In this document: positions 38,601 through 52,100 of the stretch, piece after piece
Numbering within the stretch: position 1 is the stretch's first letter
Layout: every line of letters begins with the position of its first letter
Notes under the pieces: generated by a model
What the model saw: the letters and a program-made list of their open reading frames with translations, nothing else
Databases searched by the model: none
Told to the model about the DNA's origin: nothing
Position numbers and translations under genes: made by a program
Source of the DNA: Antedon mediterranea
Lineage: Eukaryota; Animalia; Echinodermata
Direction: 5' to 3'
DNA: 64,000 nt
Assembly: GCF_964355755.1 (NCBI RefSeq)
Contig: NC_092679.1
Span: 8,586,201-8,650,200 of the forward strand

Positions 38601-41389
38601 CCACTACTGAGAGAACTCAAACCTGAGCATTACCGGTTACGCCACAAACCAGTAGATGAGTGAAGAGCTGATAATAGTCTATTTATATGAAATGAATGAT
38701 CCATCAATGTAAAATGATGTTATGCAACTTTGTTTCTGATTTTAAAAAAGGTTCACTTGTTTAGGCCTGACATTCACAACCCTAAAAAATATCTTATTTT
38801 CAAAAAAAATATTTATTTTCAATAAGAAAAAAAAAGCAATATCCCTAGAGGTTCGACCCACTACTCAGAGTACTCAAACCTGGGTATTACCCGTTGCGCC
38901 TCAAACCAGTAGATAACTGAAGAGCTGATAATAGTCTATTTATATGAAATAAATAATAAATCAATGAAAAATAATGCCATGCAACTTTGTTTCTGATTTT
39001 AAAAAAAGGTTCATTTGTTTAGGCCTGACATTTACAACCCTCAAAATATCTCACTTTCAAAAACAATATTTATTTTAAATTTAAAAAAACAAAAAATAAA
39101 AAATATCCGTAGAGGTTCGAACCCACTAGTGAGAGCACTCAAACTTGAGCATTACCCGTTACGCCACAAACCAGTAGATTACTGAAGAGCTGATAATAAT
39201 CTATTTATATGAAATGGATGATCAATCAATGAAAAATAATGCCATACAACTTTGTTTCTGATTTTAAAAAAGGTCCACTTGTTTAGGCCTAATATTTGCA
39301 ACCCTCAAAATATCTCACTTTCAAAAACAATATTAATTTTCAATTTAAAAAAAAAATCCCTAGAGGCTCGAACCCACTACTGAGAGCACTCAAACCTGAG
39401 CATTATCCGTTACCCCACAAACCAGTAGATGACTGTGGAGCTGATAATAGTCTATTTATATGAAATGAATGATCAATCAATGAAAAATAATGCAATGCAA
39501 CTTTGTTTCTGATTTTAAAAAAGGTCCACTTGTTTAGGCCTGACATTTACAACCCTCAAAATATCTCACTTTCAAAAACAATATTTATTTTCAATTTAAA
39601 AATATCTCACTTTCAAAAACAATATTTATTTTCAATTTAAAAAAAAGAAAGAAAAAATATTCGTAGAGGTTCGAACCCACTACTGCGAAAACTAAAACCA
39701 GAGCACTACCGGTTACTCCACAAACCAGTAGATGAGTGAAGAGCTGATAATAGTCTATTTATATGAAATGAATGATCCATCAATGTAAAATGATGTTATG
39801 CAACTTTGTTTCTGATTTAAAAAAAGGTCCACTTGGTTAGGCTTGACATTTAAAACCATAAAAATATCTAACTTTCAAAAAACAATATTTATTTTCAAAT
39901 AAAAAAAAAAAGATAAAAAAATATCCCTAGAAGTTCGAACCCACTATTGAAATCACTCAAACCTGAGCATTACCAGTTACGCCGCAAACCAGTATATGAC
40001 TGAAGAGCTGATAATAGTCTATTTATATGAAATGGATGATCAATCAATGAAAAATAATGCCATGCAACTTTGTTTCTGATTTTAAAAAAGATCCTTTTGT
40101 ATAGGCCTGACATTCACAACCCCAAAAAATATCTCATTTTCAAAAAAAATATTTATTTTCAATAAGAAAAAAAAAGCAATATCCCTAGAGGTTGGAACCC
40201 GCTACTGAGAGCACTCAAACTTAACAATACCCGTTACGCCACAAACCAGTAGATGACTGAAGAGCTGATAATACTCTATTTATATGAAATAAATAATACA
40301 TTAATGAAAAATAATGCCATGCAACTTTGTTTCTGATTTTAAAAATGGTCCACTTGTTAAGGCCTGATATTTACAACCCTCAAAATATCTCACTTTCAAA
40401 AACAATATTTATTTTAAATTTAAAAAAAAAATATTCCTAGAGGTTCGAACCCACTACTGAGAGCACTCAAACCTGAGCATTATTCGTTACGCCACAAACC
40501 AGTAGATGACTGAGGAGCTGATAATAGTCTATTTATATGAAATGAATGATCAATCAATGAAAAATAATGCCATGCAACTTTGTTTCTGATTTTAAAAAAG
40601 GTTCACTTGTTTAGGCCTGACATTTACAACCCTCAAAATATCTCACTTTCAAAAACAATATTTATTTTCAATTTAAAAATATCTCACTTTCAAAAACAAT
40701 ATTTATTTTCAATTAAAAAAAAAGAAAGAAAAAAAATATTCGTAGAGGTTCGAACCCACTACTGCGAGAACTCAAACCTGAGCACTACCGGTTACGCCAC
40801 AAACCAGTAGAAGAGTGAAGAGCTGATAATAGTCTATTTATATGAAATAAATGATCCATCAATGTAAAATGATGTTATGCAACTTTGTTTCTGATTTAAA
40901 AAAAGGTCCACTTGGTTAGGCTTGACATTTAAAACCATAAAAATATCTCACTTTCAAAAAAAATATTTATTTTCAATAAGAAAAAAAAAAGCAATATTCC
41001 TAGAAGTTGGAACCCGCTACTGAGAGCACTCAAACTTGAACATTACCCGTTACGCCACAAACCAGTAGATGACTGAAGAGCTGATAATACTCTATTTATA
41101 TGAAATAAATAATAAATCAATGAAAAATAATGCCATGCAACTTTGTTTCTGATTTTAAAAAAGGTCCACTTGTTTAGGCCTGATATTTACAACCCTCAAA
41201 ATATCTCACTTTCAAAAACAATATCTATTTTCAATTTAAAAAAAAAAATCCCTAGAGGTTCGAACCCACTACTGAGAGCACTCAAACCTGAGCATTACCC
41301 GTTACGCCACAAACCAGTAGATGACTGAGGAGCTGATGATAGTCTATTTATATGAAATGAATGATCAATCAATGAAAAATAATGCCATG

Positions 41390-43928
41390 CAAGTTTGAGT
41401 GCTCTCACTAGTGGGTTCGAACCTCTACGGATATTTTTTATTTTTTATTTTTTTAAATTTAAAATAAATATTGTTTTTGAAAGTGAGATATTTTGAGGGT
41501 TGTAAATGTCAGGCCTAAACAAATGAACCTTTTTTTAAAATCAGAAACAAAGTTGCATGGCATTATTTTTCATTGATTTATTATTTATTTCATATAAATA
41601 GACTATTATCAGCTCTTCAGTTATCTACTGGTTTGAGGCGCAACGGGTAATACCCAGGTTTGAGTACTCTGAGTAGTGGGTCGAACCTCTAGGGATATTG
41701 CTTTTTTTTTCTTATTGAAAATAAATATTTTTTTTGAAAATAAGATATTTTTTAGGGTTGTGAATGCCAGGACTAAACAAGTGAACCTTTTTTAAAATCA
41801 GCAAACAAAGTTGCATGGCATTATTTTTCATTGATTGATCATTCATTTCATATAAATAGACTATTATCAGCTCCTCAGTCATCTACTGGTTTGTGGCGTA
41901 ACGGGTAATGCTCAGGTTTGAGTGCTCTCAGTAGTGGGTTCGAACCTCTAGGGATTTTTTTTTTTTTAAATTGAAAATAGATATTGTTTTTGAAAGTGAG
42001 ATATTTTGAGGGTTGTAAATATCAGGCCTAAACAAGTGGACCTTTTTTAAAATCAGAAACAAAGTTGCATGGCATTATTTTTCATTGATTTATTATTTAT
42101 TTCATATAAATAGAGTATTATCAGCTCTTCAGTCATCTACTGGTTTGTGGCGTAACGGGTAATGCTCAAGTTTGAGTGCTCTCAGTAGCGGGTTCCAACT
42201 TCTAGGAATATTGCTTTTTTTTTTCTTATTGAAAATAAATATTTTTTTTGAAAGTGAGATATTTTTATGGTTTTAAATGTCAAGCCTAACCAAGTGGACC
42301 TTTTTTTAAATCAGAAACAAAGTTGCATAACATCATTTTACATTGATGGATCATTTATTTCATATAAATAGACTATTATCAGCTCTTCACTCTTCTACTG
42401 GTTTGTGGCGTAACCGGTAGTGCTCAGGTTTGAGTTCTCGCAGTAGTGGGTTCGAACCTCTACGAATATTTTTTTTCTTTCTTTTTTTTTAATTGAAAAT
42501 AAATATTGTTTTTGAAAGTGAGATATTTTTAAATTGAAAATAAATATTGTTTTTGAAAGTGAGATATTTTGAGGGTTGTAAATGTCAGGCCTAAACAAGT
42601 GAACCTTTTTTAAAATCAGAAACAAAGTTGCATGGCATTATTTTTCATTGATTGATCATTCATTTCATATAAATAGACTATTATCAGCTCCTCAGTCATC
42701 TACTGGTTTGTGGCGTAACGAATAATGCTCAGGTTTGAGTGCTCTCAGTAGTGGGTTCGAACCTCTAGGAATATTTTTTTTTTAAATTTAAAATAAATAT
42801 TGTTTTTGAAAGTGAGATATTTTGAGGGTTGTAAATATCAGGCCTAAACAAGTGGACCATTTTTAAAATCAGAAACAAAGTTGCATGGCATTATTTTTCA
42901 TTAATGTATTATTTATTTCATATAAATAGAGTATTATCAGCTCTTCAGTCATCTACTGGTTTGTGGCGTAACGGGTAATGCTCATGTTTGAGTGCTCTCA
43001 GTAGCGGGTTCCAACCTCTAGGGATATTGCTTTTTTTTTCTTATTGAAAATAAATATTTTTTTTGAAAATGAGATATTTTTTGGGGTTGTGAATGTCAGG
43101 CCTATACAAAAGGATCTTTTTTAAAATCAGAAACAAAGTTGCATGGCATTATTTTTCATTGATTGATCATCCATTTCATATAAATAGACTATTATCAGCT
43201 CTTCAGTCATATACTGGTTTGCGGCGTAACTGGTAATGCTCAGGGTTGAGTGATTTCAATAGTGGGTTCGAACTTCTAGGGATATTTTTTTATCTTTTTT
43301 TTTTTATTTGAAAATAAATATTGTTTTTTGAAAGTTAGATATTTTTATGGTTTTAAATGTCAAGCCTAACCAAGTGGACCTTTTTTTAAATCAGAAACAA
43401 AGTTGCATAACATCATTTTACATTGATGGATCATTCATTTCATATAAATAGACTATTATCAGCTCTTCACTCATCTACTGGTTTGTGGAGTAACCGGTAG
43501 TGCTCTGGTTTTAGTTTTCGCAGTAGTGGGTTCGAACCTCTACGAATATTTTTTCTTTCTTTTTTTTAAATTGAAAATAATATTGTTTTTGAAAGTGAGA
43601 TATTTTTAAATTGAAAATAAATATTGTTTTTGAAAGTGAGATATTTTGAGGGTTGTAAATGTCAGGCCTAAACAAGTGGACCTTTTTTAAAATCAGAAAC
43701 AAAGTTGCATTGCATTATTTTTCATTGATTGATCATTCATTTCATATAAATAGACTATTATCAGCTCCACAGTCATCTACTGGTTTGTGGGGTAACGGAT
43801 AATGCTCAGGTTTGAGTGCTCTCAGTAGTGGGTTCGAGCCTCTAGGGATTTTTTTTTTTTAAATTGAAAATTAATATTGTTTTTGAAAGTGAGATATTTT
43901 GAGGGTTGCAAATATTAGGCCTAAACAA
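41390..43928 (-). repeat. Inverted segment of the 260-bp array (~10 monomers)
   Basis: The sequence switches to the reverse complement at GCCATGCAA|GTTTGAGTG (CAA microhomology) and switches back at ~43929. Identical 76-aa pseudo-ORFs at 40580(+) and 42395-42625(-). Confidence 0.95.
41887..41967 (+). promoter_or_regulatory. Representative type-2 Pol III cassette of the 260-bp monomer (A-box, B-box, oligo-T); on the minus strand in non-inverted monomers
   Basis: A-box TGGCGTAACGG at 41894-41904, 32-nt spacer, B-box GGTTCGAACC at 41937-41946, T-run at 41955-41967. The D-arm GCGT/ATGC can pair. Activity is not shown. Confidence 0.7.
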
Positions 43929-45459
43929 ATGATGTAAAATGATGTTATGCAACTTTGTTTCTGATTTAAAAAAAGGTCCACTTGGTTAGGCTTGACATTT
44001 AAAACCATAAAAATATCTCACTTTCAAAAACAATATTTATTTTCAAATAAAAAAAAAAAGAAATGAATGATCAATCAATGAAAAATAATGCCATGCAACT
44101 TTGTTTCTGATTTTAAAAAAGGTCCACTTTGTTAGGCTTGACATTTAAAACCATAAAAATATCTCACTTTCAAAAACAATATTTATTTTCAAATAAAAAA
44201 AAAAAGAAAAAAAAATTTCCTAGAGGTTCGAACCCACTACTGAGAGAACTCAAACCTGAGCATTACCGGTTACGCCACCAACCAGTAGATGAGTGAAGAG
44301 CTGATAATAGTCTATTTATATGAAATGAATGATCCATCAATGTAAAATGATGTTATGCAACTTTGTTTCTGATTTAAAAAAAGGTCCACTTGGTTAGGCT
44401 TGACATTTAAAACCATAAAAATATCTCACTTTCAAAAACAATATTTATTTTCAAATAAAAAAAAAAGAAAAAAAATATTCCTAGAGGTTCGAACCCACTA
44501 CTGAGAGAACTCAAACCTGAGCATTACCGGTTACGCCACAAACCAGTAGATGAGTGAAGAGCTGATAATAGTCTATTTATATGAAATGAATGATCCATCA
44601 ATGTAAAATGATGTTATGCAACTTTGTTTCTGATTTTAAAAAAGGTCCACTTGGTTAGGCTTGACATTTAAAACCATAAAAATATCTCACCTCAAAATAT
44701 CTCACTTTCAAAAACAATATTTATTTTCAATTTTAAAATATCTCACTTTCAAAAACAATATTTATTTTCAATTAAAAAAAAAGAAAGAAAAAAAAATTTC
44801 CTAGAGGTTCGAACCCACTACTGAGAGAACTCAAACCTGAGCATTACCGGTTACGCCACAAACCAGTAGATGAGTGAAGAGCTGATAATAGTCTATTTAT
44901 ATGAAATGAATGATCCATCAATGTAAAATGATGTTATGCAACTTTGTTTCTGATTTAAAAAAAGGTCCACTTGGTTAGGCTTGACATTTAAAACCATAAA
45001 AATATCTCACTTTCAAAAACAATATTTATTTTCAAATAAAAAAAAAAAGAAAAAAAATATCCCTATTTATATGAAATTAATGATCAATCAATGAAAAATA
45101 ATGCCATGCAACTTTGTTTCTGATTAAAAAAAAAATGTTCATTTGTTTAGGCCTGACATTTACAACCCTCAAAATATCTCACTTTCCAAAAAAATATTTA
45201 TTTTCAAATAAAAAAAAGAAGAAAAGAAATATCCCTAGAGGTTCGAACCCACTAGTGAGAGCACTCAAACTTGAGCATTACCCGTTACGCCACAAACCAG
45301 TAGATGACTGAAGAGCTGATAATACTCTATTTATATGAAATAAATAATAAATCAATGAAAAATAATGCAATGCAACTTTGTTTCTGATTGTAAAAAAGGT
45401 CCACTTGTTTAGGTCTGATATTTACAACCCTCAAAATATCTCACTTTCAAAAACAATAT

Positions 45460-46122
45460 ACAATATACAGACGTATACAGTTATTTCACCATAAAGTAAA
45501 AGAAACCCGAGAAATCCGCATATAACCATAATACTACATAACGCTGTGGTGTGTGTCACACATTGTGGATTCTTAATTAAACAAATTAATTAACAAAAAA
45601 TTTAAAATCCGGCTCTATAGCTTTGAGGACATGTCCCTGAAGTATGTTCATGCCAAATCCCAGCTCAATACTACAACGAATAAGGGAGGAGTAGTACTTT
45701 AAAAATCGCACTTTTTACTCAATAGTGTCCAGATGGAGGAAGAAGAGGAGAAAATGAGTAAGTCTTAGACTCGGGTACCCCGAGTAAAAAGCACGAATGT
45801 GCGATACTCGGGGTGCAGCAAAAGAAGCTGTAATGACGTCATAAGACGGGATGTGACGTCACATACACATCAATAACCTACCAAATACGGCTATATGGTA
45901 CCATCTTCGAGACGTCATATGGCTGCATCTGGATTGAAATCTAAAAATCCGGCTCTATAGATTTGAGGACATATCCCTGTAGTATATTCATGCTAAATCC
46001 TTGCTCAATACTACAACTAATAAGGGAGGAGTAGTACTTTAAAAATCGCACTTTTTACTCAATAGTGTCCAGATGGAGGAAAAGGAGAAAATGAGTAAGT
46101 ACTAGACTCGGGTACCCCGAGT
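45460..46122. mobile_element. Tandem HINE-like (non-autonomous Helentron) insertion
   Basis: Two ~185-bp related segments each end in the hairpin ACTCGGG-TAC-CCCGAGT (45769-45785, 46106-46122) followed by an A-run. Subterminal TACTCGGGGTGC (45805-45816) is an 11/12 inverted match to the terminal GTACCCCGAGTA. Confidence 0.7.
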
Positions 46123-49100
46123 AAAAAAGATCCATTTGTTTAGGCCTGACATTCACAACCCTAAAAAATATCTCATTTTCAAAAAAAAATATTTATTTTC
46201 AATAAGAAAAAAAAAAGCAATATCCCTAGAGGTTGGAACCCGCTACTGAGAGCACTCAAACCTGGGTATTACTCGTTGCGCCACAAACCAGTAGATAACT
46301 GAAGAGCTGGTATAGTCTATTTATATGAAATTAAGGATCAAACAATGAAAAATAATGCCATGCAACTTTGTTTCTGATTTTAAAAAAAGTTAATTTGTTT
46401 AGGCCTGACATTTACAAACCTCAAAATATCTCACTTTCAAAAACAATATCTATTTTCAATTTAAAAAAAAAAAATTCCTAGAGGTTCGAACCCACTACTG
46501 AGAGAACTCAAACCTGAGCATTACCCGTTACGCCACAAACCAGTAGATGACTGAGGAGCTAATAATAGTCTATTTATATGAAATGAATGATCAATCAATG
46601 AAAAATAATGCCATGCAACTTTGTTTCTGATTTTAAAAAGGTTCACTTGTTTAGGCCTGACATTCACAACCCTAACAAATATCTCATTTTCAAAAACAAT
46701 ATTTATTTTCAATAAGAAAAAAAAAGCAATATCCCTAGAGGTTCGACCCACTACTCAGAGCACTCAAACCTGGGTATTACCCGTTACGCTATAAACCAGT
46801 AGATGACTGAGGAGCTGATAATAGTCTATTTATATGAAATGAATGATCAATCAATGAAAAATAATGCCATGCAACTTTGTTTCTGATTTTAAAAAAAGGT
46901 TCATTTGTTTAGGCCTGACATTTACAACCCTCAAAATATCTCACTTTCCAAAAAAATAGTTATTTTCAATAAGAAAAAAAAAAGCAATATCCCTAGAGGT
47001 TGGAACCCGCTACTGAGAGCACTCAAACCTGGGTATTACCCGTTACGCCACAAACCAGTAGATAACTGAAGAGCTGATAATAGTCTATTTATATGAAATT
47101 AATGATCAATCAGTGAAAAATAATGCCATGCAACTTTGTTTCTGATTTTAAAAAAGGTTCATTTGTTTAGGCCTGACATTTACAACCCTCAAAATATCTC
47201 ACTTTCAACAAAAATATTTATTTTCAATTTAAAAAAAAAAGAAAAAAAATATCCTTAGAGGTTCGAACCCACTAGTGAGAGCACTCAAACTTGAGCATTA
47301 CCCGTTACGCCACAAACCAGTAGATGAGTGAAGAGCTGATAATACTCTATTTATATGAAATAAATAATACATCAATGAAAAATAATGCCATGCAACTTTG
47401 TTTCTGATTTTAAAAAAGGTCCACTTGTTTAGGCCTGATATTTACAACCCTCAAAATATCTCACTTTCAAAAACAATATTTATTTTAAATTAAAAAAAAA
47501 AATTCCTAGAGGTTCGAACCCACTACTGGGAGCACTCAAACCTGAGCATTATTCGTTACGCCACAAACCAGTAGATGACTGAGGAGCTGATAATAGTCTA
47601 TTTATATGAAATGAATGATCAATCAATGAAAAATAATTCCATGCAACTTTGTTTCTGATTTTAAAAAAGGTTCACTTGTTTAGGCCTGACAGTTGCAACC
47701 CTCAAAATATCTCACTTTCAAAAACAATATTTATTTTCAATTAGAAAAAAAAGAAAAAAAATACCCGTATAGGTTCAAACCCACTACTGAGAGCACTCAA
47801 ACCTGAGCATTACCCGTTACGACACAAACCTGTAGATAACTGAAGAGCTGATAATAGTCTATTTATATGAAATTAATGATCAATAAATGAAAAATAATGC
47901 AATGCAACTTTGTTTCTGATTTTAAAAAAGGTTCACTTGTTTAGGCCTGACATTTACAACCCTCAAAATATCTCACTTTCAAAAACAATATTTATTTTCA
48001 ATTTAAAAATATCTCACTTTCAAAAACAATATTTATTTTCAATGAAAAAAAAAAGAAAGAAAAAAAATATTTTTAGAGGTTCGAACCCACTACTGCGAGA
48101 ACTCAAACCTGAGCACTACCGGTTACGCCACAAACCAGTAGATGAGTGAAGAGCTGATAATAGTCTATTTATATGAAATGAATGATCCATCAATGTAAAA
48201 TGATGTTATGCAACTTTGTTTCTGATTTAAAAAAAGGTCCACTTGGTTAGGCTTGACATTTAAAACCATAAAAATATCTCACTTTCAAAAACAATATTTA
48301 TTTTCAATTTAAAAAAGTAAGAAAAAAAATATCCCTAGAGGTTCGACCCACTACTCAGAGCACTCAAACCTGAGCATTACCCGTTACGCCACAAACCAGC
48401 AGATAACTGAAGAGCTGATAATAGTCTATTTATATGAAATGAATGATCAATCAATGAAAAATAATGCCATGCAACTTTGTTTCTGATTTTAAAAAAGATC
48501 CATTTGTTTAGGCATGACATTCACAACCCTAAAAAATATCTCATTTAAAAAAAAAATATTTATTTTCAATAAGAAAAAAAAAGCAATATTCCTAGAGGTT
48601 TGAACCCGCTACTGAGAGCACTCAAACTTGAGCATTACCCGTTACGCCACAAACCAGTAGATGACCGAAAAGCTGATAATACTCTATTTATATGAAATAA
48701 ATAATAAATCAATGAAAAATAATGCCATGCAACTTTGTTTCTGATTTTAAAAAAGGTCCACTTGTTTAGGCCTGATATTTACAACCCTCAAAATATCTCA
48801 CTTTCAAAAACAATATCTATTTTCAATTAAAAAAAAAAAAAATCCCTAGAGGTTCGAACCCACTACTGAGAGCACTCAAACCTAAGCATTACCCGTTACG
48901 CCAGAAACCAGTAGATGACTGAGGAGCTGATAATAGTCTATTTATATGAAATGAATGATCAATCAATGAAAAATAATGCCATGCAACTTTGTTTCTGATT
49001 TTAAAAAAGGTTCACTTGATTAGGCCTGACATTCACAACCCTAAAAAATATCTCTATTTCAAAAAAATATTTATTTTCAATAAGAAAAAAAAAGCAATAT

Positions 49101-52100
49101 CCCTAGAGGTTCGACCCACTACTCAGAGTACTCAAACCTGGGTATTACCCGTTACGTTACAAACCAGTAGATAACTGAACAGCTCATAATAGTCTATTTA
49201 TATGAAATGAATGATCAATCAATGAAAAATAATGCCATGCAACTTTGTTTCTGATTTTAAAAAAGATCCATTTGTTTAGGCCTGACATTCACAACCCTAA
49301 AAAATATCTCATTTAAAAAAAAATATTTATTTTCAATAAGAAAAAAAAAAGCAATATCCCTAGAGGTTGGAACCAGTAGATGACTGAAGAGCTGATAATA
49401 GTCTATTTATATGAAATGAATAATAAATCAGTGAAAAATAATGCCATGCAATTTTTTTTCTGATTTTAAAAAAGGTTCACTTGTTTAGGCCTGACATTCA
49501 CAACCCTCAAAATATCTCACTTTCAAAAACAATATTTATTAAAAAAAAAAAAAAAAGAAACAAAATATCCGTAGAGATTCGAACCCACTAGTGATAGCAC
49601 TCAAACTTGAGCATTACCCGTGACGCCACAAACCAGTAGATGACTGAAGAGCTGATAATACTCAATTTATATGAAATAAATAATAAATCAATGAAAAATA
49701 ATGCCATGCAACTTTGTTTCTGATTTTAAAAAAGGTCCACCTTTTTAGGCCTGATATTTACAACCCTCAAAATATCTCACTTTCAAAAACAATATCTATT
49801 TTCAATTTAAAAAAAAAAAAAATCCCTAGAGGTTCGAACCCACTACTGAGAGGACTCAAACCTGAGCATTACCCGTTACGCCACAAACCAGTAGATGACT
49901 GAGGAGCTGATAATAGTCTATTTATATGAAATGAATGATCAATCAATGAAAAATAATGCCATGCAACTTTGTTTCTGATTTTAAAAAAGGTTCACTTGTT
50001 CAGGCCTGACATTCACAACCCTAACAAATATCTCATTTTAAAAAAAAATATTTATTTTCAATAAGAAAAAAAAAGCAATATCCCTAGAGGTTCGACCCAC
50101 TACTCAGAGCACTCAAACCTGGGTTTTACCCGTTACACTACAAATCAGTACATAACTGAACAGCTGATAATAGTCTATTTATATGAAATTAATGATCAAT
50201 CAATGAAAAATAATGCCATGCAACTTCGTTTCTGATTTAAAAAAAAGGTTCATTTGTTTAGGCCTGACATTTACAACCCTCAAAATATCTCACTTTCCAA
50301 AAAAATATTTATTTTCAATTAAAAAAAAAGAAAAGAAATATCCCTAGAGGTTCGAACCCACTACTGCGAGCACTCAAACTTGAGCATTACCCGTTACGCC
50401 TCAAACCAGTAGATGACTGAAGAGCTGATAATAGTCTATTTATATGAAATGAATAATAAATCAGTGAAAAATAATGCCATGCAACTTTTTTTCTGATTTT
50501 AAAAAAGGTTCACTTGTTTAGGCCTGACATTTACAACCCTCAAAATATCTCACTTTCAAAAACAATATTTATTTAAAAAAAAGAAAAAAAAGAAACAAAA
50601 TATCCGTAAAGGTTCGAACCCACTAGTGAGAGCACTCAAACTTGAGCATTACCCGTTACGCCACAAACCAGTAGATGACCGAAGAGCTGATAATACTCTA
50701 TATGAAAGAAATAATAAATCAATGAAAAATAATGCAATGCAACTTTGTTTCTGATTTTAAAAAAGGTCCACTTGTTTAGGCCTGATATTTACAACCCTCA
50801 AAATATCTCACTTTCAAAAACAATATTTATTTTCAATTTAAAAAAAAAAAAATACCTGGAGGTTCAAACCCACTTCTGAGAGCACTCAAACCTGAGCATT
50901 ACCCGTTACGCCACAAACCAGTAGATAACTGAGGAGCTGATAATAGTCTATTTATATGAAATAAATGATCAATCAATGAAAAATAACGCCATGCAACTTT
51001 GTTTCTGATTTTAAAAAAGGTTCACTTGTTTAGGCCTGACATTCACAACCCTAACAAATATCTCATTTTCAAAGGTCCACTTTTTTAGGCCTGATATTTA
51101 CAACCCTCAAAATATCTCACTTTCAAAAACAATATCTATTTTCAATTAAAAAAAAAAGAAAAAAAATACCCGTATAGGTTTGAACCCACTACTGAGAGCA
51201 CTCAAACCTGAGCATTACCCTTCACGCCACAAACCAGCAGATGAGTGAAGAGCTGATAATAGTCTATTTATATGAAATTAATGATCAATCAATGAAAAAT
51301 AATGCAATGCAACTTTGTTTCTGATTTTAAAAAAGGTTCACTTGTTTAGGCCTGACATTTACAACCCTCAAAATATCTCACTTTCAAAAACAATATTTAT
51401 TTTCAATTTAAAAATATCTCACTTTCAAAAACAATATTTATTTTCAATTAAAAAAAAAGAAAGAAAAAAAATATTCGTAGAGGTTCGAACCCACTACTGC
51501 GAGAACTCAAAACCTGAGCACTTCCGGTTACGCAACAACCCAGTAGATGAGTGAAGAGCTGATAATAGTCTATTTATATGAAATGAAGGATCCATCAATG
51601 TAAAATGATGTTATGCAACTTTGTTTCTGATTTAAAAAAAGATCCACTTGGTTAGGCTTGACATTTAAAACCATAAAAATATCTCACTTTCAAAAACAAT
51701 ATTTATCTTTCAAAAACAATATTTATTTTCAATTTAAAAAAGTAAGAAAAAAAATATCCCTAGAGGTTCGACCCACTACTCAGAGCACTCAAACCTGAGC
51801 ATTACCCGTTACGCCACAAACCAGTAGATAACTGAAGAGCTGATAATAGTCTATTCATATGAAATGAATGATCAATAAATGAAAAATAATGCCATGCAAC
51901 TTTGTTTCTGATTTTAAAAAAGATCCATTTGTTTAGGCCTGACATTCACAACCCTAAAAAATATCTCATTTAAAAAAAAAATATTTATTTTCAATAAGAA
52001 AAAAAAAAGCAATATCCCTAGAGGTTGGAACCAGTAGATGACTGAAGAGCTGATAATAGTCTATTTATATGAAATGAATAATAAATCAGTGAAAAATAAT

